Shown: positions 33,315-51,164 of the stretch, in pieces | Layout of the letters: the number at the start of each line of letters is the position of its first letter | How positions within the stretch are numbered: the stretch's first letter is position 1 | Assembly (NCBI RefSeq): GCF_009914755.1 | Contig: NC_060941.1 | DNA length: 64,000 nt | From: the human T2T-CHM13v2.0 reference genome, Homo sapiens | Strand: one strand, 5' to 3' | Notes under the pieces: generated by a model | Database searches by the model: none | Told to the model about the DNA's origin: nothing | Seen by the model: only the letters and a program-made list of their open reading frames with translations | Position numbers and translations under genes: made by a program

Positions 33315-33881
33315 GCCACCTCGCATGCTCCATTCTTTGCCTCTGAAGCCACCCCCAAAGCTCAAGGCTTCTTTCCATCTACTACTGAGTTGGGGTCTGG
33401 GGAGGGCGACCCCCAGCAGCCACAGCCGTGCACCCCTCTATGTGAACTTGGCTTAGACAAGTAAGTAAGAAAGTAAGTGGATGTGGTGATGTAAGCCCTC
33501 CCTACTTCCCCCGTTCTAGGGGACATCTTGCTGGTGAAGGCACAGCTGACCCCAGAAGTACTATCCCCGACTCAGAGGACAGGATGTGGGGGATTTGACC
33601 TAGGCCCTGAGACGCATGGAACCAGCTACCTGGGGAGCAAAGCAAGTGCCAGGGTTTCTGGGGCGCTGGCCAGGGCCAGACGCTAGGTCTGCCATCCGTT
33701 GCTCACCCAGTGCCTGGCACAGTGCCTAGCCCACAGGAGATTTACAATAGACACCGGTGGAATGAATGAGCTTGGACAAGATCAGTAAACAGAATCTTAA
33801 TTTCCTCTCCTATAAACAGGAAATTAGAGGAGCATCTGCTCCTCTTACCAATGTGTTGTGGGGAGCAAAGGAGGTCATCTC

Positions 33882-34222
<341 letters not shown>

Positions 34223-34413
34223 CTAGCTGCGCTACCTCAGGCAACCTCTTGGAGCCTCAGTTTCCTCATCTGTACAATGGGAGGAGCTACAAAACCTTCT
34301 TCGAGGGAGTGGAAGCTCAGTGTTTGGCATATTAGGCATTCGCTACTATTTTCGTCATGCTTATGAAAGTACTCTGAAAACTGCAAATGCTTTTCAAATA
34401 TGAATTACTATTT

Positions 34414-34448
<35 letters not shown>

Positions 34449-35349
34449 CCAGGGAATCCATTTCAGAGAACCAAATGTACTTTAGGGAAAGAGTTCATAC
34501 GATAAACAAAACTAACAATAACCCTCATTGTCCTTATTGAGCGTCTATTAAATGCCAGGCATTGTGCCGGCTTCTTCAAACACATCATGTCGTGAAAGCT
34601 ATGGGTCCCCTATCGCTCCTATTTTGTAGGTGAGGAAACCGAGGCACAGAGAGGTTGAGCTACTTCTCCAAAGTTACAGAACTAGGAAGCAGGGCAGCCA
34701 GGATTTTGAAGACCAGGATCCCAGGCCTTCTCTCTTGTGAACCCAAGGCCCTCTGAGATTTATCGGTGCATCCTGGGAAGAGCTCTCAATGGACAGCAGT
34801 TGTGGGTGAGTGGGGCTTTCTAGAACCATCCTCCACTCGGATGGCTCAGGATTCTGCTCTGTCTGGCTCTGCCCTGGAGCACTGTTCCTCATTCACTCTT
34901 ACCTTATGTAACTCAGTGTTCCCGCCCCCTGCCCCAAGGATTATATAAGGCAGCCCAGTAAACACCCTGCAGGCCTCAGGACTCCTGGGGAGAACTAAGA
35001 CGGTCTACAAATGTGACCTCTTGCCCTCACCCCTTCTCAGGACCCCACTCTTGCTGGCTGTCTTCCTCCTGAGGCACAAGGCTGCCTGTGCCTGTGTGTG
35101 TGCCTGCTTGTGTGAGCATACACTCACACCATGTGCCCACGTGTGCAGACTTGTACACCACAGGGGACCCAAACACACGTTAGTACACACGCGTCTTCAC
35201 TATTTTTTTAAACAGTGGGAGAATCCTGCAAAGTGTCCCCACTAAGGCTTTCCTTTTCAGCAAATTCAGAACAGTTAACTTTGCTTTGACAAGGAACTAT
35301 GAAAGAAAGAAAGAAGAAAGATAAAGGAAGGAAGGAAAGAAAATGATAA

Positions 35350-35656
<307 letters not shown>

Positions 35657-35681
35657 ATAAAAGTTTTTAAAAAAGAAATTT

Positions 35682-36005
35682 GGCTGGGCGCAGTGGCTGA
35701 CACATGTAATCCCAGCACTTTGGGAGGCCGAGGCGGGTGGATCACCTGAGGTCAGGAGTTCGACACCAGCCTGGCCAACATGGTGAAACCCGGTCTCTAC
35801 TAAAAATAATAAATAAATAAATAAATAATTAGCCAGGCATGGTGGCGCGCGCCCATAATCCCAGCTATTCCGGAGGCTGAGGCAGGAGAATCGCTTGAAC
35901 CTGGGAGGCAGGGGTTTCAGCGAGCCAAGATTGCGCCACTGCACTCCAGCCTGGGCGACAGAGTGAGATTCCATCTCAAACAAACAAACAAAAAACCAAA
36001 AAAAC
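35682..36005 (+). mobile_element. AluS, head-to-head with the previous Alu
   Basis: Alu consensus. Confidence 0.95.
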
Positions 36006-37618
36006 AAATTTAACTCTTGACTCGTTCTCTTCTCGCCCCAGTCACATTTAGTAGCAGACCTATTTTATTAGAGGAGAGTTCTCGCAGTGTTCGCCCTAAC
36101 TTGGCCCGGTGGAAAAGCGTGTAAGCCTGTGTTCTTTCTGAAACCATTTTCTGGTCATTTGGGATTTTACGCAAATGCCTGTAGCTGTCTGAGCTGCATT
36201 CCCCAAACCACTGAGGGCAGCCCAGACTCCAGATAACTGCACCACCTACATGACGAAGCCACTTATCCAGGTTGCCTGAGTCACTGAAGGCTGCTGTCCC
36301 CAGATCAGGCTGGACTTCCTGCAAGTCACACCAAACCATCAACAGAACATTCTCCACATTCGGGGTTTTTCCCCCAGAGACACTTTACAAGGAGTGTCAG
36401 TTCCTCCCCTCACTGGCCTGGCCTGAATTCTCCCAGGTCTGAGATTGGGACGACCAGGGTTGGGGGATGGGGCACATCCTGATCATGATAATTCTGACCA
36501 CACAGGAGCACTTGGGAGCCAGGACGACTCTGGATCCTTCATAGCCAGGGACCATCTGTGCCTTCGAGAAACTCCCCCACCCCACCTGTGCCAAGCCTCT
36601 CCCTAATGAAACTAGTGCCAAATACACGGGATCGCATTCCCTTCGCTTCTCTTAGCTAAAAGCAGCTAAGACTTCAGTCACCTTCCTCGTTATTCTTCAC
36701 TCCCACCCACAGCAAAAGAGAGAAGAAAGGGAGAAATCCAGTCTCTCCCCGACCAAGTCTTCCAAGAACCGCTTGAGCGGGGTTGGCACTAGGACTAAGT
36801 GTAGTGGGGGATACATAGGCCAGAAAGCCCAGCCTTCTCTCCTCCAGTGTCCCCAGGTCCCCCTGTCCCCAACTTCCAGAAAGCAGAGCTGTCCTCTCGC
36901 TGTCCGCTAGGGAGTAGCCAGTTCTTGCTGCTCCACACTGCTGCAAGGGAAGTTAGCACCTGCAGGAGGCGTGGGTTTCTGGGCAGCTGGGGCATCCTGT
37001 AATGGGAGGCTCCAAGTCCCCTGCAGGCAACTGCGTTTGGAGGCCATTTTCTCCATTGTATAATAAACATCCTGGGACTTCCTCACCACAAAGCCGCCAA
37101 CCCCCACCCCTATGGGATGCAACAAGGGGGTTTCTTCCGTCTACTCATCTGTCCGCTATAAGGGTAGGGACAAAGCAAGCCCTTAGAAGGGGCTTTGGCC
37201 TTATAATTAAACTTTTAACTAGATCTAGTTTTCCCCTCTGCCAAATTGAATTTTCCTTGTTCACATTTTCTTCGTTTTGGACACAGCTGACTGATTTTGT
37301 TTCATCTCATATTAGACTCATATATCCAGTGATTTAATTAATCTCACCAGCTGTCTGGCTGTCCCACAGGACCTGCCTTCTCCGCTGTTGGCGTTAGAAA
37401 ACGATTCCCTTTGCCTTTCCTCGCTCTGGCCTCCGCGTGGAGCCCCAGGATCCTTGACCTGACCTGTGGGCTCCCCAGCCAGGCGTCCACGCAGGGGCTA
37501 GATGTCTCCCACGGGGCTCAAAGTGTCCGCCAGGAGGGTACATGCCCTCCGCCCCGCAACACACACACACACCTCACAGGCGCGGGTGGGAAGCTGCCTG
37601 AAGCCCTACGGCTGCAGT

Positions 37619-37624
37619 TTTATT
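37619..37624 (-). terminator. RPRML: RPRML poly(A) signal
   Basis: Minus-strand AATAAA overlapping UGUA; downstream (GU)n at 37560-37572. Confidence 0.85.
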
Positions 37625-37849
37625 ACAAGATTTCTTTCCAAACGCAAGATCAGGCCAACAAGCTCAGCGACTCTGACGCTTCACATCTTCACCCACTCGC
37701 ACCGTGTTCCGAACCCACCCGCACCAACGTACACACAAAACTCCCACGCGAGCGACCGCAGTCCCAAATTGCATCTCCATACCCACTCCCACCCTGCCCC
37801 GAACGTCTTAAAAAACAAACAAACAAAAAAAACTGGTAAGAACCCTCAC

Positions 37850-39140
<1,291 letters not shown>

Positions 39141-39734
39141 CTCTCTGCCTCCTTCCCTACACCCTCCTCTCAACTTGGTCCCATTTAACTTTTTTTTTAA
39201 ATTAAAAAATAAATTACTGTTTTTTTCTTTCTTTTTTTACACAAACATAGTCATTGTAGACTAGTTTAGAAAACATGAATTACCGAAATTACTCTAAAAC
39301 TTTATAATCTGCCTCCTAGAGAGTGTCGATGTTATCACCTGGGTATAAACTCCTCCCAGACTTTTTCTATTTGTGCCTTTCTCTAGATAACAGATATGGG
39401 GATGCACCGTTCCTGCTTACTGCCTCCCAACCTTTCCTCACTTAACAGCGTAACTTTCCCTAGCGATGGTCCTCTACAGCTATGGCTCTGAATTGCCTTG
39501 GAGGGTTTATTAAAACCCAGATTGCTTCCACCTCCCGCCCCCAACCTCCCCACCCCAACCAACCCCAAGAGTTTCTGAATCAGATGTGGGATGGGGCCCC
39601 AGAATGTGCATTTCTAACAGTTCCCACGTGATGCACAAACTACTGAGCTACAACATCATTTTTAGTGAAGGAATGGCATTTTAAGGTATGGACTACTACA
39701 GTTTATTTAACCAAGCTTCCTGCTGGATGTCTGA

Positions 39735-39875
39735 GTTTTTCTTTCCTTCTTCTTCCTTCTCCCTTTCCTTCTCTCCTTCCTTCTCTCCTTCCTTCCTTCC
39801 TTCTTTCTCTTCTTCTTTCTCTTCTTTCTTTCTCTTCTTTCTTCTTTCTTTCTTTCTGTCTTCTTTTTTCTTTCA
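39735..39875. repeat. Polypyrimidine (CT/CTT/CCTT) low-complexity tract
   Basis: About 140 bp of almost pure C/T. Confidence 0.9.
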
Positions 39876-39981
39876 TCAGAAACAATATTACCATAAGGAG
39901 ACTTGTAACAAAGTATTTGTGCCAAAACTGATTTTTCTTTAGATTGTATTTTGAAAAATGGACCTGTAGAATCAAAAAGTA

Positions 39982-40330
<349 letters not shown>

Positions 40331-40685
40331 CTACTAAATTGCTTTCCAGAAATATACCAGTGTACAATCATGCCCTGTGGGGAAAGGGGGCTCCCCACCC
40401 CCAACATTGTTATCATTATTTTAAAAGTCTTTGCCTGAGTAGCGAAGGGGGGTGGGGGCAGGGGTGGTTTCTCACCCGTATGTTAATTTGCATGCTTTGA
40501 TTGTTGCAGGAGAGTAAGGAAAGCACTTTGTTATTGCAATAATGCAGGCAAAAGATGCTGCCTGGAGACTTGAATTCCAGTGGTGACAGTGAAGTGGGAG
40601 ACAAGGGGATGGAAAGGGCATGGCAAATTGGAGTGAAGGGATTCGGGATGCCCCAACACACAGGCATCACAGAGCCTCTGCTCCC

Positions 40686-41067
40686 TGTTATGGTTTGAAT
40701 ATGTCTCCCCAGGTTCATCTGTTGAAAACTGATCCCCATTGTGGAGGTGTTGGGAGGTGGGGTGAGATGCTGCCATTGTTTGGGTCAGGGGCACCACCCT
40801 CATGAATAGATTAGTGCCATTGTCTCAGGAGTGGGTTCTTTATAAAAGGATGAGTTCCACCCCTCTTTCTCTTTCTCTCTCTTCTCTTTCTGGCATGTGA
40901 TGTCTTCTGCCATGTTTTAATGCAGAAAGAAGGCACTCACCAGATAGATGCTGGCCACTCGATCTTGGACTTCCCAGCTCCTAGACTGTGAGAAATTAAT
41001 TTCTATTTATAAATTGCCCTCTTTATAACAAGCATCCTGTTATAGCAGCATAAAGCAGACTAAGACA
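40686..41067 (+). mobile_element. MST-family MaLR solo LTR
   Basis: TGTTATGGTTTGAAT start and GACTAAGACA end. Confidence 0.85.
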
Positions 41068-41139
41068 CCCATACCCATCCTGATACTCATTATTAGAACA
41101 TTAAGCGTGTGTGTATATCCTGGTAAGTTATTAAAATTA

Positions 41140-41439
41140 TTATTTTATCTATTTATTTTTATTTTGAGACAGGATCTCGCTCTGTTGCCCAGGCTGGAGT
41201 GCAGTGGTGCAATCACAACTCACTACAGCCCTGATCACCTGGCTCAAGTGATCCCCTTACCTCAACTTTCTGAGTAGCTGAGCCCACAGGCATGTGCCAC
41301 CATAATTTTTTATTTTATTTTTTGTTCAGACAGGGTCTCACTATGTTGCCCAGGATGGTCTCGAACTCCTGGGCTCAGATGATCTACCACCTCAGTCTCC
41401 CAAAGTGTTGGGATTACAGGTGTGAGCCACTGTGCCTGG
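41140..41439 (-). mobile_element. AluJ
   Basis: Alu consensus. Confidence 0.9.
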
Positions 41440-42205
41440 CAAAATTATCACTTTAAAGATGAAGAAACTGAGGCACACATAGGCACCCCAGATTGGGAAA
41501 CAACCTGGCTCAAGCTCCTCAGTCCTGGGAAAGCTGGCCTGGCGCAAAGGCATGCAGTTTTCAGGGCAAGAGTCTCCCCTGCCCTGATCACCCCTTGGAG
41601 CCAGGATAGAACAGGGAGTCCAGCAGGTGTCTGGCCCGAACATTCTGTCCTCTGCTTTGGCCCAATTGGATTTCTGTAGAGAAATGCTCAGTTATATCCT
41701 TTGTCTGAAACCAACCCCTGGCTTTTGCTATACCCTGGACTTGGAGTCCGTACCTTGATTGCATCCAGCTGAAGTCAGACTGCCTGATGTAAAGGAAAGG
41801 GGTGGGGTGAGTGAGGATGCAGAATGGGGCCCTGCCCACTCCAGCGAGTTGTGAGGAGGCTGACATGATGGCTGACCTTTCCTTTATTAAGCATCTATAA
41901 CATGCCCAGTGCATTAAATACATTACCTCCCTGAATTCTCTCACACCAGCCTTTGGGTTCTGCTGGACTGTCCCCTTGACATGAGGAAACAGCGGCACTG
42001 ACTGTTTAATTGACTTACTTAAGATCACGCAGCTAGTTAAGCATCAGAGCCAGAATTTCAGCCCAGATCTGTCCTGTTCCAAAGCCACGCTCTTCATTAT
42101 CCCCGTCCCCCTCTCTCCCATCATCCCTGGGGGAGGTGCTGGGGAGGGAAAAAGACATCTTTGACCTGGGAGCAGGAAGGGGGAGAGAGACCTTGGGCTT
42201 GTGGA

Positions 42206-42645
42206 TGTAAACAAAGACCACTCAAATGAGAGCAAGCAAAGGCTGTTTATTCAGAGCTTGTTACAGTAAGGGAGGCAGCCACTGTCACTTGCTTTTCATG
42301 GAGACTCAAAGGCAGGCCGAGGGGAAGGCTTTATAGCGGAAAAAGGAGAAGGCTTCAGGTACGTCCTGTTGGTGGTGCAGGAAAGCTACAGTTGGGCTCA
42401 TTAGAAGAGGGGCATCCTAAGTAATTGGTTAGGGGAGCATATTTGGCTTTCTCCGGTTTGTCCTGCATTGAAAGTGGGAACAAAATTAGGGAAGCTGTCA
42501 GTTACCATCAAGTCCTGGCCATTTGGGGCTGATTGCTGCAGGGGTTGTTCGTTGGCTTCCTGGGCTGGTGCTGTAGGTTTGGGGGCAGAGTTCTATTTTA
42601 ATATGTGGTCTGGCCATTGTCTATTTGCATATTTGGTCTCCCAGA
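42206..42645. mobile_element. ERV LTR-like repeat (MER76-like)
   Basis: aaatgagagcaagcaaaggctgtttattcagagcttg resembles the MER76 consensus as I recall it. Confidence 0.5.
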
Positions 42646-42724
42646 ACCATCCACGTCAGGAGCAGGACCCCATCTGGCCTGGACCTAGCTAACCACTCCT
42701 CCTTCTGTGGTTTCTGTCTGCCCT

Positions 42725-43031
42725 TTCTTCTTTTTTTTTTTTTTTTTTTTTTGAGATGGAGTCTCGCTATGTCACCCAGGCTGGAGTGCGGTGGCATGAT
42801 CTCTGCTCACTTCAGCCTCCAGCTCTCAGGTTCAAGTGAGGCCTGCCTCAGCCTCCCGAGTAGCTGGGATTACAGGTGTCCGCCACCATGCCTGGCTAAT
42901 TTTTGTATTTTTAGTAGACACAGGGTTTCACCATGTTGGCCAGCTGGTCTCGAACTCCTGACCTCAGATGATCCACCTGCCTCGGCCTCCCAAAGTATTG
43001 GGATTACAGGCATGAGCCACTGCACCCGGCC
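42725..43031 (-). mobile_element. AluS
   Basis: Alu consensus; TSD ctgtctgccctttctt. Confidence 0.95.
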
Positions 43032-43127
43032 CTGTCTGCCCTTTCTTGAGCCTCTGGTCCCAGCAAGTTTGGTTGTAGTTTGATGTGTATTAACTCTTAA
43101 TTCTCATAATAACCCTGAAAGGTAAGT

Positions 43128-43490
43128 GTATTTGTTATTTATTGCTACGTCACAAATATCTCAAATTGAGCAAACATTTATGATCTCATGTGATTTCTGA
43201 GGGCCAGGAACCTATAAGCAGCTTAGGTGGGTGGCTCTGGCTCAAGCTCTCTCATGAGGTTGCCATCAGGATGTTGGCCAGGACTGCAGTCATGTAAAAG
43301 CCTGACCAGGGAGGGGCCATTGGCTTCCAAGGTGACCCCTTACACGGCTGTTGGCAGGAGGCCTGTTCCTCATTGGCTGTCGGCAGGGGGATCCTCTGTT
43401 CCTCGCCATCGGACCTCTCCATGGTGCTGCTTGAGTGTCCTCATGACATGGCGGCTGGCTTGCCTCAGAGTAACTCTTGAAGAATGTGCT
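43128..43490 (-). mobile_element. MLT1-family LTR fragment
   Basis: tctctcatgaggttgc...gctgcttgagtgtcctcatgacatggcggctggct. Confidence 0.7.
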
Positions 43491-44686
43491 AGAAGGTGAG
43501 CACCTGGCTGGAAGGGAGAGGGACAGAAGAGTGAGGATACAGAGTGAAACACATCAGTTCTTATTGTTATTTAATCTTCACAGCAAGACTTGTAGAAAGA
43601 AACAAGTTGACAGATGAGAAAATAGAGGCCTGGAAAGGAAAAGGATCTTGTCCCAGGTCACAGAGCTGGTAATAGCACAGCCAGGATTTAAATCCTTAGT
43701 TACCCTACAACTAAGCTCAAAGTCTTTCCAGCACTTGGCATATGTGTATGTGTTGGGGGTGGGGTTGGGGGTGGGAGTGCTTCGTTGTTGGGGAAAGACT
43801 CCCCTGAGCTGGGCTTAGAGGGGCTCAGGAGCCTAAGGGCGAGTCTGTCAACTGGCTGCCTCCCCCTGCTCTAGAGAAAAGGAAGCCAGTGCCTCTGGGC
43901 CAAGCCACCACCCACATGGGACTATTTTTACCCTCCACCTCAGGGACAAGTCTGCATTTCCCAGCTCTGGAAGGGCCATCTGGGCAGTCCGGCTGCCCCA
44001 GGAAGAGCTGCCACCCGGAGCTTTATGCCCTGCTGTCTCTGCAGCTGTTTCTAGATGAACCTTTAGCCCTCTGGCATGCCTGAGCCATCCAGAGTCAGTA
44101 AGAAGTCCCCCTCCTCCAGAACTCAAGGTTAATAAAAGCTCCTAATTAGTATCACTTGCTGGATGGACCCGCCAGAAGGAAAATGCTTAAATCTGCAGAG
44201 ATTTTAAATTGTTCACGTTTGTCAATAAGTGTTCTTTGTATGAGCCATTTTAATGAAGAGATAAGAATGATTTTATTTGCATATTCAACTGTAAACCACC
44301 CAGACACCTTCAGAAACATGTAAATAGATGACCACTATATGAGAGTGTACTTCAGGGAGGCCCAAGAGCCTTTGGACATCATTTATTTTCTGAAGTGGTT
44401 TTAAACAACCCCCCTAGGACCCGGTTTACACTCTTCATTTGTTTGGCACGCTTTTCCTGGAACGGGCAAAGGTTGCCTGCTGCCTGTTTGCCCAGTTCCT
44501 GTCCAAATGATCTCACGTTTCAAATTGGCAGAGGGAAAGTTAATGACGTTTTACTGCATCTGGTACGGAATTGAAATAAACATGGATTGCCCTGTTCAGC
44601 CTTTGACCCCTAAGAGACTTCGAGGTTGGCCCCTGCTCAGTTTACCTACAGAGGTTGAAGGCAGAGGGAAGTACCCAGGCAGTTCA

Positions 44687-45131
<445 letters not shown>

Positions 45132-46401
45132 CTACTTCTGCCTCTGCCCCTAATTGACTGTGTGACATTGGACAAGTGAACCATCCTCTCTGGGCTTCCA
45201 TTGGCTCATTCATTAACTATGGGAGCTTAATCAGAATACCTTCAATAAAGCTTTATTTACAAGAACAGGTAGTGGGCCAGATGGGCCCTCCTCTGTCTTC
45301 TTCTGCTCTATGCTTCTTGTGGGCTTGAAGACAGTGAGGAGCCAAAGGTCTGTACCTCGTCTACCCCAAAAGTACTGCCTGGGCCTCTGGTACCCCAATC
45401 TGTAAAATGAGAAAGTTGGTCAATACCTACGTTCTCCAAACTGTGCTCTTTGGATAAATAGTTCTGCGAGGTCTGCAACAGAGTAGACATTGACCTAAAC
45501 AGATTTCATTGCTATAGGACTTCTCAGGACCTTTAGTATGTGGATGTACATTGTGAACTTCCCTGGGGGTGGGGCAAGGGGGGGATGCGGGATTCAGCAT
45601 TTATCAATGGAATCCTTTTTTGCCAACACCGACTAATATTTTGTGCCACTATGTACCATTTAGCACAGTTTAGGAAGTGCCCCGAAGCCTCCCCAAGCCT
45701 AAGTTTCCTTCCCTATAGACCAGGGATGATGATGATGGTAACTGCCTCCTAGAATTGTTGGGAAGGTTAAATGAGGTAATGCCTGGAAACGGGCCTGGCG
45801 CAGTGCCTGGCACAGAGTAAGTGCTCAATAAATGCTAGTAACTATTATTTATAATAAGGTCCTTCCTTTACAGCTCTGACATTCTGCGCTTCCAACTGTA
45901 GGGTGTAATTAAGCTCTAAAGCATCTGGCTTCCCGAGTAGAAAAAACAAGCCTGGAGGAAGGAAAAAGGAAGAGAAAGCTCCTTATGGGTTGCCCATTTG
46001 TTCACAAGCTTCACTGCCAGCCGTCACAACAAGGGAATGTAGCAAGATGCCAACTCCTAATGACGGAGCTTGGGTGGGTTGGTGGTTCCCTATTTAGCTT
46101 AGACACTGTGGGGACTATCTGAGACCGCGGAGAAGTGAGAGGTAAAACCAGTGCTGCTTATGGTCAATCAGTGAAACCTAACTGCATCCTATGTGCGTCT
46201 TCCTTTTCCTTCTGTCCTGGACACAGTGATCCTGGCCACTTTCAGGTATGTGTGACCTGCTGGGGGGAACAGTCACAAGGAGAGCTGAGTCAGAGAAGGT
46301 AAGTGGGACAGATCAGACTGGAAGGGCAGGAAGGGCAGTCCCACAGAGGAATAGCATGTGCAGTGGCTCAGAGGCTGGCGGAGTGCATAACTATAGTTGC
46401 A

Positions 46402-46752
<351 letters not shown>

Positions 46753-47049
46753 TCAGAAGAGATGGCTAAAGAGGCACGTGGGCGCCAGGACGCTCAGGAC
46801 TTCATCCAAAACACAGGGGAGACACACGATCAGCCTGGCATTTACATTTCCCCAGATTAAAAATAAAACAACTCTTTTTTCGCATTAAAAAATTTGACAA
46901 TAGATTTTACAATAAGAAAAAAATTATATTTTTTGAAAAAGAAAGGAAAATGGTGAAGACTCTTGCAACCATATGGAGGACAGAGTGCACTGGCTCTAGG
47001 AGGCCGGTTTGGGGGCTACTGCAATAGACAAGGCAAAAGGCCCCGATGA

Positions 47050-47935
<886 letters not shown>

Positions 47936-48829
47936 TTAAAAAGGCAATGATGCAGGTGAACAAAGGCAGGGAAAGAGGAGATGGAAAGTGGGAGGGGATT
48001 CTGGAGCCTGTGAATCTGAGGAATGGTTCCCAGATTTCTGGCCTTCACTGGGAGTGAACAAGTGGGCGGAGTGGTCGGGCCAAGGTGGAGTTGAGGGGCT
48101 CAGGGTTGAACATGATGAGTCTGAGGTGACCGTGGGATGTGCACGTGACAGTGTCAGGCAGACAGTTGGAGGCATGGCCGGGGAACTTAGGCACCCTGGG
48201 GCTGGAGATAAAGGTTTAGAAGTCATCAGCTTGTTCACCCATTCACTGAACACGTACTGAGCATCTTCTGTGTCCAGCTAAGTGCTAGGGAATCACGGTG
48301 AAAGCCAGTCCCTGCCTTCAAGGAGCTCAGTCTGGAGAAGAAGACAAGTAAAGAAACTAGATAATGATAAACGGTGAGAAGGTGCGAATAGAGGAAGACA
48401 TAACATGTGGGGGGCACCCAGAGGGGACACTGTGGATGCAGGTCAACAGAACACAGGAAATGAGTGTTTCACTCTGTCCCTCAGCAGTTTAGCAATGCCA
48501 ACCCCTGCTCGAGCATAGGAAATCATTTTCAGACTCTGCTAGCATAGCCAAGGACTCCACGCAGATTCTGCAAGGTGGAGGACTTTTGAGTAGGCATGCT
48601 AGTCAGATGCCTTTCCGGTGAAGGACAGAACGTGTTGTAGGGACTCCTGTCACCTGCTTCAGGGTCTGTGAAAGCAGGAAATAGAAACATATTCAGGTCA
48701 GGACAACTGCTGGGGACTACCCCCTTCGAACAGATCCCACGGCGGGACACAAGCACAAGGCAGGTTGGCTCTGGCTAAGTTGTGCTCAGAATTGTAAAGA
48801 CATCTTGCCCCTTGTTTTGTCTGCTCTAA

Positions 48830-49785
48830 ACATCATCTGTTTTCTTTTGAGGAATCGCTCTTCCCCATCCCAACCAGTTAAGGTGGGACCTGCCAATTAG
48901 GCTTCCCCTGCCCCCCAGATATAAGGGGATGCATGATTGAGGCTGAGCCAATCTTAGTACTCTTCTGCCTGACCTTGATGATTAGCTCAGGGACAGGGAT
49001 GTGACCCACGACAGGCTGGTTGGTGGCCACCAGGGTCCCTGACCCCAGGTATCATACCCTTGTATCGTCACTCCCACAGTGATGCTGGGCTTGGCTATGT
49101 GATTGGCTTTGGCCAGTGGGACAACTGAAAGCGTAATGTAAGCAGAGGCTTGGTGAGTGCTTGCACAATGGGGCTGGTCCTCTTCAAACACTCACTTTTG
49201 GGACCCAGCTGCCATGCCAAGAAGCCCAAGCTGGCTATTTAGAGACAGCATGTGAACAGGGCAAGTTTCTAGCTTTCAGCCATCCTCGCCACGGTGCCTG
49301 ACATTTAGGGAAACTATTTTGGGCACTCCTGTCCCATGAATGACAGAGCGAGACCAGCAGAGCTCTGCAGCTGAGCCCAAAACCCCACAGAATCATGAGA
49401 AATAATTAAATGGTTATTGTTAAGCCATTCCGTTTTGGGGTTGTTACAACATAAGGAATAATTAAAAGATAAGCCAAAATGGGCCAATCTGAAATCTTCC
49501 CTGAGAATTTCTACATGGAGGTGGTGGAAAAGAGCTCTGTTCTGTCCAGTGACAAGGCTATAGGGACGCAGGCCTATTATATTCCTCTCCACAGTGGAAA
49601 GATAGAGAAAACCTATCTGCGGCAGAAAGGGTGAAGTCCCAGACACAGAAGAGTCAAAACAATAGTGAAAGAAAGCCCCAACTTTTAGAACCCTGGACGC
49701 TCCTGTAGTCTGGTGACATAAGGTATTAAATTAAATTCCCCTTTATGGCTTCAGCTACCTCAAGATAACTTTTTATCAGTTACAC
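48830..49785. mobile_element. Old LTR fragments (LTR16-like with a nested MLT1 at about 49010-49460)
   Basis: ggctgagccaatc motif; ttgttaagccattccgttttggggttgttac MLT end. Confidence 0.5.
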
Positions 49786-50085
49786 AAAGGGTCCTATGTA
49801 ATTCACCTGATAACATATCATAAAGATCTTTGCCAATGTCCTTAAGTCAAGAATAAAGTGATCACACTATTGATGTTGTTGAAAGCTTTGTTGAGCATGT
49901 ACAATGTGAGAATCTTGAAGGATCTTCCCCCAGTCGTTGTAAGGGGTAAGACAAGGGAAGGACATGGTTCACACCACACCAGGAACCAGTGTCCAGGGCA
50001 TTCACCTGTCAAGGCCAGCTGGATGCAGGAAGGTGTTCACACTCATTTGAGTATTAGAAACACGTTTATTTCTCTCTTTCTGTAG

Positions 50086-50409
<324 letters not shown>

Positions 50410-50749
50410 ACAGACTGCTTTTAAAAGGTTCAGGCCCTTTGCTCCAGCAATTCCACTTCCCGGAATTTATCCCATTGCAATGGTTTTCAAATTATGTTCC
50501 TGGTGGAACCGTGGGGTTCTACAGAGGTGCTTTGCTAGTTCTGCAAAACTTTGATTTGAATGTCACTGGTACTGAGGCTGATTTAAAACTATAGTCATCA
50601 TCTTCTGAGATGTCATCTTGAGATGATGTCTAACTGGTCTAGAAGACCCCTAACTGGTCTTCTAAATACTGCATATTTGAATTTATAAAATATGCCAACA
50701 GAATGACTTCTTATCTGTTGCTTACATGAGCCTTATTAAGTTTCATTTA

Positions 50750-51078
<329 letters not shown>

Positions 51079-51164
51079 AAACAGTATAAAACCACTGTCA
51101 CAAGAAAACGATCATTTCATCCTAGAAGGTTTAGCTTCATGAAGATGTACTACACAATGTTTAT

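Noticed and set aside
39665-39975. Hydrophobic or charged ORFs resembling membrane or coiled-coil proteins
   Set aside because: Translations of the CT-rich simple repeat
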